DNA from: an uncultured Poribacteria bacterium
GTDB lineage: Bacteria; Poribacteria; WGA-4E; WGA-3G
Length of the DNA stretch: 64,000 nucleotides
Reading direction: 5' to 3'
NCBI GenBank assembly: GCA_958296135.2
Contig: CATQHZ020000001.1
Location: 4,800,001 to 4,864,000 of the forward strand
Both the position numbers and the translations under genes were made by a program. The notes below the pieces were generated by a model. That model did not search any database and was not told the DNA's origin. It was given only the letters and a program-made list of their open reading frames with translations. Position 1 is the stretch's first letter. The number at the start of each line of letters is the position of its first letter. Shown piece by piece: positions 37,996-46,918 of this stretch.

Positions 37996-38151
37996 GTAAA
38001 AACGACATTTATACCGATTGACTCGGATTTTCGGGGTCTAGCACTCAACTCCTTCTCGTAGCGCGAGGGTTTCCTGTCCCTTTTCAATCAAAACCTGCAC
38101 CCTAACCGTAGCGCGAGGGCCGTCACGGGCACGTCTGTCCCTCGCAAGCGA

Positions 38152-40347
38152 TTATTGATTTGGATACCCGCGCCTGAGATGTTTGGGCATCGGATAGAAA
38201 CGTCCCCCGGTCTTCTCCACCAGCGTCGCCTGAAAATCGTTGGGCATCGGATGCCCGATGACATACGCACGGATGCCAAGTGACTGACACGCCTCTATTG
38301 CGCGTTCGGGGAGATAGCTGCCGGTTGTCGGTTCATCGGTTAAGATAAGCAGAAAGCGGCTTGCATACGGGCTGAATTTCACCTTCGGCACGCCTTCTAC
38401 GATAGCATCGATGAGATGTTCATCGCCGCCGAAAGGGGCTTCCATGAGACGCTCCAGCATCGCTTCGTTGAGCGGCATCGGTGTTACCACTGCGCCGTTG
38501 ATAACCTTAATCGCATCCTTCGCCGCCGCGAAACGGATGAGCCCGATGCGATACTTTATCGGCAGAATATCCAACCGCCCGATAAGCGTGCTGAGTCCGA
38601 GCATAATCGCCTGCGATTTGCCGCCCATGCTTCGGCTGTAATCTAGCACGATGACGATGTCAACGGTAGGCTCAAACCCTTTGTTTGCGGCAACCCCCGG
38701 GGCTGCACCAGCGTAGATATTGAGCCGATTTTTGTCGCTGCGGATAGTATACATCCGGTGGTGCCGTGCGTCGTTGAGGAGCCATCTGTTGCCACGCCGC
38801 TGCGGCATCGCCGTGAGATTCGCGGAGATATTCAGACGCTCCGGGAAAATGCCGGCGTAGACGTTCAATTTATTGCCCTCTTTGCGAACGGTATAGACGC
38901 GCCGGTTCACGTTATCCGTAATCATCCACAAATCGCCTTCGTCTTTCTCCCAGATAGTCGCGCTTTCAGAGAGACGGGTATCCGCTCCCAACGAAACCCC
39001 TTTTCTCCCGAATTCGCGAAGCAACTTTTTCATCGGAATATCGCCATCTTCGAGGAAGACTTCAAATTTCGCCTCCAGGCTAAACAGTAAACTGCCGCCG
39101 TTTCGCCGAATGTCTGTGGCGATGTCGCGAAAAACTTTGAGGAACGCCTCATTTTCAACACGCGTCGTCGGCAGCGAGGCAGCAGTCCCGATATCGCCCG
39201 GGATGCGCTGCCAGAGCCCACCTGTCTCTTCCGCCAACTGCTGCTGAAAAGGTTCGGGATGCCCGAGGACATTGACGTGAATCTGCTCCAATTGATACCG
39301 ACTGAGCACCTTCGCGCGCATCGCTGTATACGCATCCTCTTTTTTCAAGCGAGTCGTCGCCGGTTCATCCGTGACGAGGATAAGATACTTATCGGCATCG
39401 GCGTGGAAATCGATGTAGCCGAGGGTATCAATGAGCGCATCCAAGGCGTGTTCTGTGCCGCTCAGCGTCGTTTTCTGCATTCGGCGGCGGAGCATGCCGA
39501 CATCCGGCATGAGGGAGCGAATCTGGAGTTGTTGTCCCTCGCGCCGCACGCTAAACTCCGCCATGCCAAAGTGATATTCCAGATTGACGTAGTCAAACGC
39601 ATCGCTCATGCTATAAAGGTTTGCAGCCACTTGCTGGATGTTATCGCGCATGCTCGCGCTCGTATCCAAAACAAAGACGACATTGACTTTGTCAAGTTCG
39701 CGCGTGCCAATAACGTGGTCTGCAATGTTTCGCAGTGCTTCGGCGAATGGGTTTGTGCTGTCCCCTTCACCCTCACCGCCGCCGCCATCTTCCCCCTCGC
39801 CATCCCCGACGGTGCCGATTTCCGACGTACCTGTGGATTCAAGCCGATGAAACCCGCTGCCGCCCTCACCTTTGACGCGCTGCCGAAAACTGTCTACGCC
39901 TGCCCCCGCTGTGCTTTGAAAGGGGCTCGCCACAGTTTCAGGGAGCGTCGCTCGGCTGTTGAAACGTTGTGCAGCCGTCGTCACTTCAGGAAGAGCCGCC
40001 GCCACATCCGACACCGCGCGCGTCGCGTTGTGCAGAAGTGCAGATTCCGATTGCAGCAGCGTTTCGTCAATCAAACTCGCGGATGCAGTCAATTTGAGGT
40101 GCTGCGGCTGTGCCTCGCTCGCGGCTTCGGCGTGCGCCGCTATCCGCTTTCGCAAAGGCTGTTTGAGCGTGCGGCGCGGTTTCTGAAGCTCCTTCTCCGC
40201 TACCAACTCTAACGCTATCGCATCTGCCACCTCGGACGGCCGATGAGTATAGAAAAAAAAGGAACCAATAATCGCAAAGCTGAGATGAACAATGCCTGAA
40301 ATGAGCAGTGCCCGCACGGAACGCGGTCGCGTAATGGAACGGTGCAT
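38152..40347 (-). CDS. Membrane-anchored protein with two von Willebrand A domains
   Basis: N-terminal TM (LLISGIVHL), MIDAS motifs DTSASM and DYSRSM, two LxxTDEP motifs. Confidence 0.85.
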   Translation of the reverse strand: MHRSITRPRSVRALLISGIVHLSFAIIGSFFFYTHRPSEVADAIALELVAEKELQKPRRTLKQPLRKRIAAHAEAASEAQPQHLKLTASASLIDETLLQSESALLHNATRAVSDVAAALPEVTTAAQRFNSRATLPETVASPFQSTAGAGVDSFRQRVKGEGGSGFHRLESTGTSEIGTVGDGEGEDGGGGEGEGDSTNPFAEALRNIADHVIGTRELDKVNVVFVLDTSASMRDNIQQVAANLYSMSDAFDYVNLEYHFGMAEFSVRREGQQLQIRSLMPDVGMLRRRMQKTTLSGTEHALDALIDTLGYIDFHADADKYLILVTDEPATTRLKKEDAYTAMRAKVLSRYQLEQIHVNVLGHPEPFQQQLAEETGGLWQRIPGDIGTAASLPTTRVENEAFLKVFRDIATDIRRNGGSLLFSLEAKFEVFLEDGDIPMKKLLREFGRKGVSLGADTRLSESATIWEKDEGDLWMITDNVNRRVYTVRKEGNKLNVYAGIFPERLNISANLTAMPQRRGNRWLLNDARHHRMYTIRSDKNRLNIYAGAAPGVAANKGFEPTVDIVIVLDYSRSMGGKSQAIMLGLSTLIGRLDILPIKYRIGLIRFAAAKDAIKVINGAVVTPMPLNEAMLERLMEAPFGGDEHLIDAIVEGVPKVKFSPYASRFLLILTDEPTTGSYLPERAIEACQSLGIRAYVIGHPMPNDFQATLVEKTGGRFYPMPKHLRRGYPNQ

Positions 40348-40548
40348 AAGTTTTTCCTCCCAAAAAAAGCGTGTGCAGAAACGCGTATATAAAGTCTATC
40401 ATAAATTGCGAACCGATTTCAAACAGAAAATCAGCATCCGGATTTGCAGGAGGAGAAGAATTAATTTGTTGAAAAATTTCGTTTTTCATGCGATACTAAC
40501 AAAATGCCAACGAAAAACGCGGAAAAATAAAGACGATTCGCTTTTTTC

Positions 40549-40577
40549 TTGCATTTGAACGTTGAAAATGCTATAAT
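40549..40577 (+). promoter_or_regulatory. sigma70 promoter
   Basis: TTGCAT-17bp-TATAAT with extended TG. Confidence 0.65.
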
Positions 40578-40741
40578 ATATAAAAGTGCGTTTTTTCAAC
40601 GCGCAATTGCGTGATTTGCATGCAGTACTGCTATCACACCAATTTTTATATTTTGTCCGGGCGAGAGATTTTGGGAAGCGCGCTTCTTACCCAAAGGACT
40701 TTCATCCGGATGCAACTCAATGAAAAGGAGATTTCATAGCT

Positions 40742-41461
40742 ATGAACAAATTAGCAATCTTGCTCATGATAGCCTGTGTCACTCTCACGCCGATGGCGTT
40801 CGCGCAGAATTGGCAGCCCGCGGGTGACGCATGGATTGAAAAATGGTGGGGGCTCGATCTGGTGACGGACACCGGTGGCTTCGACGACTCCGCCGCGGTA
40901 GACTACCTCTCCGAAGGAACCGGCGGCGCGATTTCCAACGCCTCCGTTTCTACGCGCGACGGTGCCGGAAAAACGGCGAACGTCATTGTCAACCTGCCCG
41001 ATAACGGCGGCGCGTTAGCCTGGTCTATCGTCACGCTGAACACGGAGGACCAGCTCAATCTGTCCACCAGCCACGGCCTCGCCGATGGCGGCGACATCAC
41101 ATGGCACGGGCTTATCGTCGTCATCTCACCCGATGACCGGCAGACGGTGATGCACCCAGCGCACGACGATTACGCGCAAATTTGGATCAATGGGGAACAG
41201 GTTTACGACAACTCCGAATGGACAGGCGGCGCACGCGAGGTAACAACACCCACCGAGATTAGCCTCCAGAAGGGCGAAAATTTCTTGCACTTCAAATGCG
41301 GCGAATCCGGCGGTGCCGATTATGTCAACCTCCGTTTTGAACCGACAGACACCGATCTCAAGATAGCACCGACGCAAGATAACCTCTTCATGGACGTCCT
41401 CACGCCGGTTGAACCGCAAGGCAAACTGGCGACGCGGTGGGCAGATATCAAGCGGCGGTAA
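40742..41461 (+). CDS. Secreted beta-sandwich protein with Poribacteria-type C-terminal motif
   Basis: Signal peptide (..AFA-Q), DDYAQIWINGEQV..LQKGEN, C-terminal VEPQGKLATRWADIKRR; AAGGAG SD. Confidence 0.8.
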   Translation: MNKLAILLMIACVTLTPMAFAQNWQPAGDAWIEKWWGLDLVTDTGGFDDSAAVDYLSEGTGGAISNASVSTRDGAGKTANVIVNLPDNGGALAWSIVTLNTEDQLNLSTSHGLADGGDITWHGLIVVISPDDRQTVMHPAHDDYAQIWINGEQVYDNSEWTGGAREVTTPTEISLQKGENFLHFKCGESGGADYVNLRFEPTDTDLKIAPTQDNLFMDVLTPVEPQGKLATRWADIKRR

Positions 41462-41466
41462 ATCGC

Positions 41467-41501
41467 AAAGCCCGTATCCAATCGAGGATACGGGCTTTTT
41501 T
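41467..41501 (+). terminator. Rho-independent terminator
   Basis: aaagcccgtatcc-aatcga-ggatacgggc-tttttt. Confidence 0.85.
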
Positions 41502-41543
41502 GTCGGCAAGGCATCAACTTTCGATAGTGCGGTAAACTTCCTA

Positions 41544-43262
41544 TCAATTCTCCGGTTCTGAAATCGTCAAGATTTTATTCACCCCCACCCGTTCCAATTC
41601 CTGCGTGAGCCCGCTCGGCCAGGTAATAGCAATCTTCTCCACGCGCTCATGTTCTCCTACCCCAAACAGCAATCGCACATCACTTCCCGATGCATAACTT
41701 GAACCGCTCTTCACCACCGCCACTTGTGTAATAGGCCGCCCAGTAGACGCGCTTTGCAAGCGCGCCGCTGTGACGCGCACCTTCGCGCCGATGCCATTGC
41801 GGTTACTCCGCGTCCCGACCAGCTTAATGCCGAGCCAATTGTGCCGATTGCCTGCTTCATTGCGGAGCAGCACGGGCCGCTGGTTAGAATTCATAATGAC
41901 AATATCCACATCGCCATCGTTATCGTAGTCAGCGGATGCCGCCGCGCGGCCGACGCGTGCTGCTAAAAAATAAGGACCGGCGTTCTCCGACACCTCTCTA
42001 TAGGTGCCATCGCCGTTGTTTCGGAAGACCTGGTCGCGTTGCGCATACGTCTCGTGGTCCTGCAGGATTTCAATGACATCTTGGGGGTGCCCATTCGCAC
42101 AGAAAATATCAAGATGCCCATCGTTATCGTAATCTAAAAAAAGGGGACTGAACCCGACAAACGGCAGTGTCGGCTGTTGCAATCCGCTCGCCACAGTCGC
42201 ATCTGTGAAGATGCCCTCCTCATTCTTATACAGCGTCGCCTTCTCTGAATTCGCGACGATGAAGTCCAGCCATCCATCCCTATTATAGTCGCCGCAATCT
42301 ACACCCATCGAACCCTCCGCGACACCGTTCTCATCATATCCACTGCCGATGAAGAGGCTTTCGTCGGTGAACGTGCCATCGCCGTTGTTTCGGTATAAGA
42401 AATTGCGGTTGGTATCGTTCGTGACGTAAATATCGGGGAACCCATCGTTATCATAATCGCACGCGAGGGCGGCCATGCCGCGTCCTTCATCGGGGTTTGT
42501 CACGCCCGCTTCCTCCGCAACATTAGTGAACGTGCCATCGCCGTTGTTTCGGTAAAGTACATCCGCCGTGCCCCTGTAGCGCCGCGGGTGTCCATAACCG
42601 ATGATGCCTTTGTAGGTTTCAACCGGCATGGATAAATCATAGATGAGATAATTGACGACGAAAATGTCCAGATTGCCATCCAGATTGAAATCGAGATAAA
42701 CCGCCGCGATGCCCCAACTTTGGTTATCAATGCCAGCGGCTTCGGTGATGTCCGTGAACGTGCCATCGCCGTTGTTTCGGTAGAGGATATCCGGTCCGAA
42801 GTTTGCGACATAAAGGTCTGCATCGCCATCGTTATCAATATCGCCTGCGGCAGCAGCCATGCCGTAGCCAGTGTCACCGGTGCCAGAGATTTCGGTGACA
42901 TCGGTGAAGCGTCCATTTCCTTCGTTACGATAGAGGACATTTCCGGGGCTGCTGGGAGGCGCGCTTTGTAAGCGCGCATGCTGCTTATCCTCTGGAATAG
43001 AGCCGCTGTTGACAAAATAGAGTTCTGCGTCGCCATCGTTATCATAATCAAAAAAGACGGCACCAGAGCCCATCGTCTCGATGATGTGCTTGTGTTCGGT
43101 TTTGCCGTTAGTGTGTTTGAAATAGATGCCAGCTTCTTCAGTGACATCAACGAAGATGGGAATGGGTGCGGCAGGAACGCGCTTGCAAAACGCGCCCACC
43201 GAGGTGAGCAGGATGAAAATAATTATCTGCAGGAACAACTGCAGGTTACGATGCTTTCGCAT
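41544..43262 (-). CDS. FG-GAP repeat / ASPIC-UnbV (CRTAC1-like) secreted protein
   Basis: Multiple DYDNDG and LYRNNGDGTFTD repeats; C-terminal SNRNGIGAKV...WPSG. Confidence 0.92.
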   Translation of the reverse strand: MRKHRNLQLFLQIIIFILLTSVGAFCKRVPAAPIPIFVDVTEEAGIYFKHTNGKTEHKHIIETMGSGAVFFDYDNDGDAELYFVNSGSIPEDKQHARLQSAPPSSPGNVLYRNEGNGRFTDVTEISGTGDTGYGMAAAAGDIDNDGDADLYVANFGPDILYRNNGDGTFTDITEAAGIDNQSWGIAAVYLDFNLDGNLDIFVVNYLIYDLSMPVETYKGIIGYGHPRRYRGTADVLYRNNGDGTFTNVAEEAGVTNPDEGRGMAALACDYDNDGFPDIYVTNDTNRNFLYRNNGDGTFTDESLFIGSGYDENGVAEGSMGVDCGDYNRDGWLDFIVANSEKATLYKNEEGIFTDATVASGLQQPTLPFVGFSPLFLDYDNDGHLDIFCANGHPQDVIEILQDHETYAQRDQVFRNNGDGTYREVSENAGPYFLAARVGRAAASADYDNDGDVDIVIMNSNQRPVLLRNEAGNRHNWLGIKLVGTRSNRNGIGAKVRVTAARLQSASTGRPITQVAVVKSGSSYASGSDVRLLFGVGEHERVEKIAITWPSGLTQELERVGVNKILTISEPEN

Positions 43263-43469
43263 ATTGTGGAAGCGTCCTCCGAGCGTGATACGGATTCGGT
43301 AAATTTGTCAGGATTCTTATACGTGTTGGGTCCCTCTAGGTATTCTACTCTGAAGAGAAAATCTGTCAAGCAAAATCGAGAATTATTGAGTGGGTCTGGT
43401 ATCGCATCGGATAACCTGAGTCTCGTGGCACAATGCCTCTCCGGGCAGTAAAATCTCTGCACTTTTGGC

Positions 43470-43498
43470 TTGACAACAAGGTAGAAAAATGGTATCCT
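43470..43498 (+). promoter_or_regulatory. sigma70 promoter for the S8 peptidase
   Basis: TTGACA-17bp-TATCCT with extended TG. Confidence 0.55.
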
Positions 43499-43578
43499 CT
43501 ATTCAGCCTTGGCGCGTATCCGTTCACAGTTTCTGTTGTTCGTGAAGCGGCATCGGCAAAATTGACTCAAAGGAGGAT

Positions 43579-45309
43579 TTGATGACATCTGGAAAAATCG
43601 CGCCTGCCCTGATGGTTGCCCTTAAGGACTACCAAGATGAGGGAGTGGACGGTTTGAACCGCCATCTCCGGACGTTGGGCATTCGCTACCATGTTGGGAG
43701 TCCGAAGCCGCCGCGTGCACCGGTTTTTATTGACTGCAATGAGGAAGCAAGGTTTGCCCATTTGGACAAATATAGCATTCAGGTCAACCAGCAAGTAGGG
43801 CAGATCCGGACAGCATTTTTGCCACTGGAACGTTTAGGCCGCCTTTCAGCTGAACCTGCCGTTGAGCGTATCCTGCCCTCTCGCTATCTGCATCCGATGA
43901 TGGATGTGGCATCAGCCACAGTGAATCTTCCGCAATTCCGCCAAAAGACTGGGCTGACAGGGAAAAGTGTCATTATTGGCGTGGTGGACACCGGTATTGA
44001 TACGAACCATCCAGCGTTTCGCGGCAGGATTTTGCGATTGTGGGATCAGACACTCCCGGGCCCCGGCATGCCAAACGCGCCTTATGGCATGGAATTGACA
44101 GGCAAATTTCTCGCTGTCTCTCGCGACACCGAGGGGCATGGCACTCATGTTGCAGGCATCGCAGCAGGCAGCCATGCGACATTCGGGGGGATTGCCCCAG
44201 CAGCAGCATTGGTTATCGTGAAATCCGACTTGCAGGAAGCACACGTCGCCGATGGCATCCGCTATATCTTCCAAGTCGCCCAGACGCTTGGAAGACCGGC
44301 TGTTGTGAATCTGAGCCTTGGCGGACATGGCGATGCACATGACGGCAGCGACCCTTTGTCACGAATTATTGATGCAGCATCTGGCAGCGGCAGGATTGTC
44401 TGTTGCGCCGCCGGCAACGAGGGCGATGACAATATTCACGCCCAAGCACAACTACCTCCAGATGGAAGTCCGCACACCATGCGCTTCAAGATACCTGTTA
44501 CCCATCTTCGCTCCGCTCAACTCAATGGATGGTATTCAGGACAAGACCGGCTAGAAGTGGCCGTCCAATCACCCGGCGGATTTCGGACACCCTATCAACG
44601 TGTTATAACAGCCGGGCAGCCTTCACACGCCTACGAATTGCCCGATGCACGTATCTGGATTTCCACACCGGGCCCCGATAAAGCAAACGGCTCCCATCAC
44701 TTCCTCATCACGATTTGTCCGGCTCAGGATGTAGGGGGAATATGGAAACTGTGGTTACGCGGCACCGTCATACAGAAGGGGCAAGTGGACGTGTGGGCAC
44801 TAGATGAGCGTCCACACGCAGACATGATTTTCACAGGACAGAGCGTTTCTGACAACTTGAAAATTGGTTCCCCAGGGGCAGCAGCACAGGCCATCACCGT
44901 AGCATCCTACACGACGAAAGCAGAATGGTGGGATATAGATGGGACACCGAGACAGGTAGCCTACAAACTTCACGACATTTCTGGCTTTAGCAGCGAAGGG
45001 CCGCTGCGTAACGGAGTACCCAAGCCAGAACTAGCCGCGCCCGGGGCGATGCTCACGAGTTGTCAGGCTGCTGATGCTCCTACCGCGCGCGCTCACCGGA
45101 TACAGACAGACTACAACACGTCTGCCGGGACAAGTATGGCAACACCGTTTGTCAGCGGTATCGTGGCACTGCTGTTAGAAAGAGAGCCAACACTTAATCC
45201 AGAACGTATCAAAGAACTTTTACGCGCAAACTGTTCGATCCCAGGACAACCGCCGGGCACTTTCACACCAAAATGGGGCTTCGGGGTGATTGACGTACTG
45301 AATCTCTAA
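43579..45309 (+). CDS. Subtilisin-like S8 serine peptidase (CspA-like architecture, no obvious signal peptide)
   Basis: VVDTG, HGTHVAG and GTSMA triad; AAGNEG; large insert between the His and Ser regions. Confidence 0.93.
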   Translation: MMTSGKIAPALMVALKDYQDEGVDGLNRHLRTLGIRYHVGSPKPPRAPVFIDCNEEARFAHLDKYSIQVNQQVGQIRTAFLPLERLGRLSAEPAVERILPSRYLHPMMDVASATVNLPQFRQKTGLTGKSVIIGVVDTGIDTNHPAFRGRILRLWDQTLPGPGMPNAPYGMELTGKFLAVSRDTEGHGTHVAGIAAGSHATFGGIAPAAALVIVKSDLQEAHVADGIRYIFQVAQTLGRPAVVNLSLGGHGDAHDGSDPLSRIIDAASGSGRIVCCAAGNEGDDNIHAQAQLPPDGSPHTMRFKIPVTHLRSAQLNGWYSGQDRLEVAVQSPGGFRTPYQRVITAGQPSHAYELPDARIWISTPGPDKANGSHHFLITICPAQDVGGIWKLWLRGTVIQKGQVDVWALDERPHADMIFTGQSVSDNLKIGSPGAAAQAITVASYTTKAEWWDIDGTPRQVAYKLHDISGFSSEGPLRNGVPKPELAAPGAMLTSCQAADAPTARAHRIQTDYNTSAGTSMATPFVSGIVALLLEREPTLNPERIKELLRANCSIPGQPPGTFTPKWGFGVIDVLNL

Positions 45310-45337
45310 AACCTTCACCGAAAAAGGAGAATTCCTC

Positions 45338-45604
45338 ATGAACATCCAGAAACTTGACGCGCTCCTCGCAGTCGCACTTACCGAAGTGTCTGACGCGGAT
45401 AAACGGGCCTTTCCCGTTTTTATCAACACGCTGCATGCACCCAAACCAGAGGAAGCAACTATCCTTAAAGCGTTGGGGGTACCCGGAGTCACCGCAGAGC
45501 GGCAGATATTTACCGCCACTCTCTCCGCGCACGCTGTTGCCGATTTGTCGGAACTGCCCTGGATCCAGTCGCTTAAACTTTCCAGAAAGCTGCACCTGTT
45601 GTAG
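45338..45604 (+). CDS. Small protein resembling the S8 propeptide (putative inhibitor or chaperone)
   Basis: AAGGAG SD; aligns by eye with the N-terminus of 43579-45309 (PVFI, QIxTAxL, LS..P...SRxLH). Confidence 0.7.
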   Translation: MNIQKLDALLAVALTEVSDADKRAFPVFINTLHAPKPEEATILKALGVPGVTAERQIFTATLSAHAVADLSELPWIQSLKLSRKLHLL

Positions 45605-45631
45605 GACTTCACAATTGGACCCGGGAAACGC

Positions 45632-46918
45632 CTACTGCTCCCTTTTTTCCGCAGCTTTCACCAACCGAAACCCGACAAACGAAGTCTTCAAGCGCGGATA
45701 CAGATAAAACCGAAACGTCGTGCTACACCGAGGCAGCGCGTCTATCCACGAACCGCCGCGGATGACGCGCCAACTACCGACATCCGGCCCCAGCGGGTTC
45801 CGCCTCGCACTCCGAAAATAGTAGACATCGCTATACCAATCCGATGTCCACTCCCAGACGTTGCCTGCCATATCCAGCACGCCGTAATAACTCTTCCCTT
45901 TCGGAAAACTGCCGACTGGCGCGAGTTGGTTCTCATACCCATCATCAGCGGCACTCGTATTGGCATAAGGTTCCATCGCATTGCCCCAGGGCCAGGTTCT
46001 ATCGGTGTAACCGCGCGCCGCCTTCTCCCACTCCGCTTCTGTCGGAAGGCGCATCCCTTGCCATGCCGCATACGCCTTCGCATCGTGCCACGAAACACCG
46101 ACGACAGGATGATTTGGAAACTGCTTGGCACGTTCGGGCCAGGTACCGATATGCGGCAGATGCGCGAAGTTTTCCGGCGTATGTGGACGCATCGCCACCG
46201 GAAGAGCGTGCCTACTCGCCCAAAATTCGTAATACTCGGCGTTCGTCACCTCATATTTGCTGATATAATAGGCATCAAGGTAGATCTTATGCACCGGTTT
46301 TTCATCGGCGGCGCGTCTCTCGCTGCCCATCGTAAAGGTGCCGGCAGGAATTAAGATGAGGTTTTCCTCTGCTCCTACATCGTCTCTCGCGTCACTCAAA
46401 CCATCGCGAGGGACAGGCCCTCGCGCTACGGGCGTACTGTCAAAAGCCTCAGCAGAGGCAGCATCGCGGGGGACAGGCCCCCGCGCTACGGCGGCAACGG
46501 TATTGCGAGGAACAGGCCCTCGCGCTACGGGCGTACTGTCAAAAGCCTCAGCAGAGGCAGCATCGCGGGGGACAGGCCCCCGCGCTACGGGGGCCACGGT
46601 ATTGCGAGGAACAGGCCCTCGCGCCACGGGCGTACTGCCAAAAACCTCAGCCGAGGCAGCATCGCGGGGGACAGGCCCCCGCGCTACGGCGGCAACGGTA
46701 CTGCGGGGGACAGGCCCTCGCGCCACGGGCGTACTGCCAAAAGCCTCAGCCGAGGCAGCATCGCGGGGGACAGGCCCCCGCGCTACGGCGGCAACGGTAT
46801 CGCGAGAAACCGGCCCCCGCGCCACGGTGGTGAGGAAGCATAAGGTGATACCCAAAACGAATAGGATGACGAAAAGCCGCTTACTTTTCCTGTGCAGCCA
46901 TCTTTTTATAGTGTTCAT
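45632..46918 (-). CDS. Formylglycine-generating enzyme (FGE-sulfatase/SUMF1) family protein with REP-derived N-terminal repeats
   Basis: IPAGTFTMGS, YEVTNAEY, HPVVGVSW, RLPTEAEWEKAARG, DMAGNVWEW, RGGSW, GFRL. Confidence 0.93.
   Translation of the reverse strand: MNTIKRWLHRKSKRLFVILFVLGITLCFLTTVARGPVSRDTVAAVARGPVPRDAASAEAFGSTPVARGPVPRSTVAAVARGPVPRDAASAEVFGSTPVARGPVPRNTVAPVARGPVPRDAASAEAFDSTPVARGPVPRNTVAAVARGPVPRDAASAEAFDSTPVARGPVPRDGLSDARDDVGAEENLILIPAGTFTMGSERRAADEKPVHKIYLDAYYISKYEVTNAEYYEFWASRHALPVAMRPHTPENFAHLPHIGTWPERAKQFPNHPVVGVSWHDAKAYAAWQGMRLPTEAEWEKAARGYTDRTWPWGNAMEPYANTSAADDGYENQLAPVGSFPKGKSYYGVLDMAGNVWEWTSDWYSDVYYFRSARRNPLGPDVGSWRVIRGGSWIDALPRCSTTFRFYLYPRLKTSFVGFRLVKAAEKREQ
46404..46826 (-). 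repeat. In-frame 99-bp-period tandem array of REP palindromes (9 x VARGPV[P/S]R)
   Basis: gtagcgcgagggcctgtccctcgc translates to VARGPVPR, identical to the intergenic REP at 384-407. Confidence 0.92.

Larger units (their letters stand above)
36208..38015 (-). mobile_element. IS607-family insertion sequence (serine recombinase TnpA + TnpB); ends approximate
   Basis: tnpA-tnpB pair; candidate GG dinucleotide ends at 38014-38015 and 36208-36209; short aatgtNg repeats at the left end; imperfect hairpin after the tnpB stop. Confidence 0.85.

Noticed and set aside
36208-38015. IStron (group I intron-IS607 fusion)
   Set aside because: There are only ~55 bp between the candidate left end and tnpA, leaving no room for a ribozyme core, and the insertion is intergenic.
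40489-40510. Second sigma54-like motif upstream of the vWA gene
   Set aside because: It reads TGGCATTTTGTTAGT, with GT instead of the conserved GC at -12, which is too weak to call.
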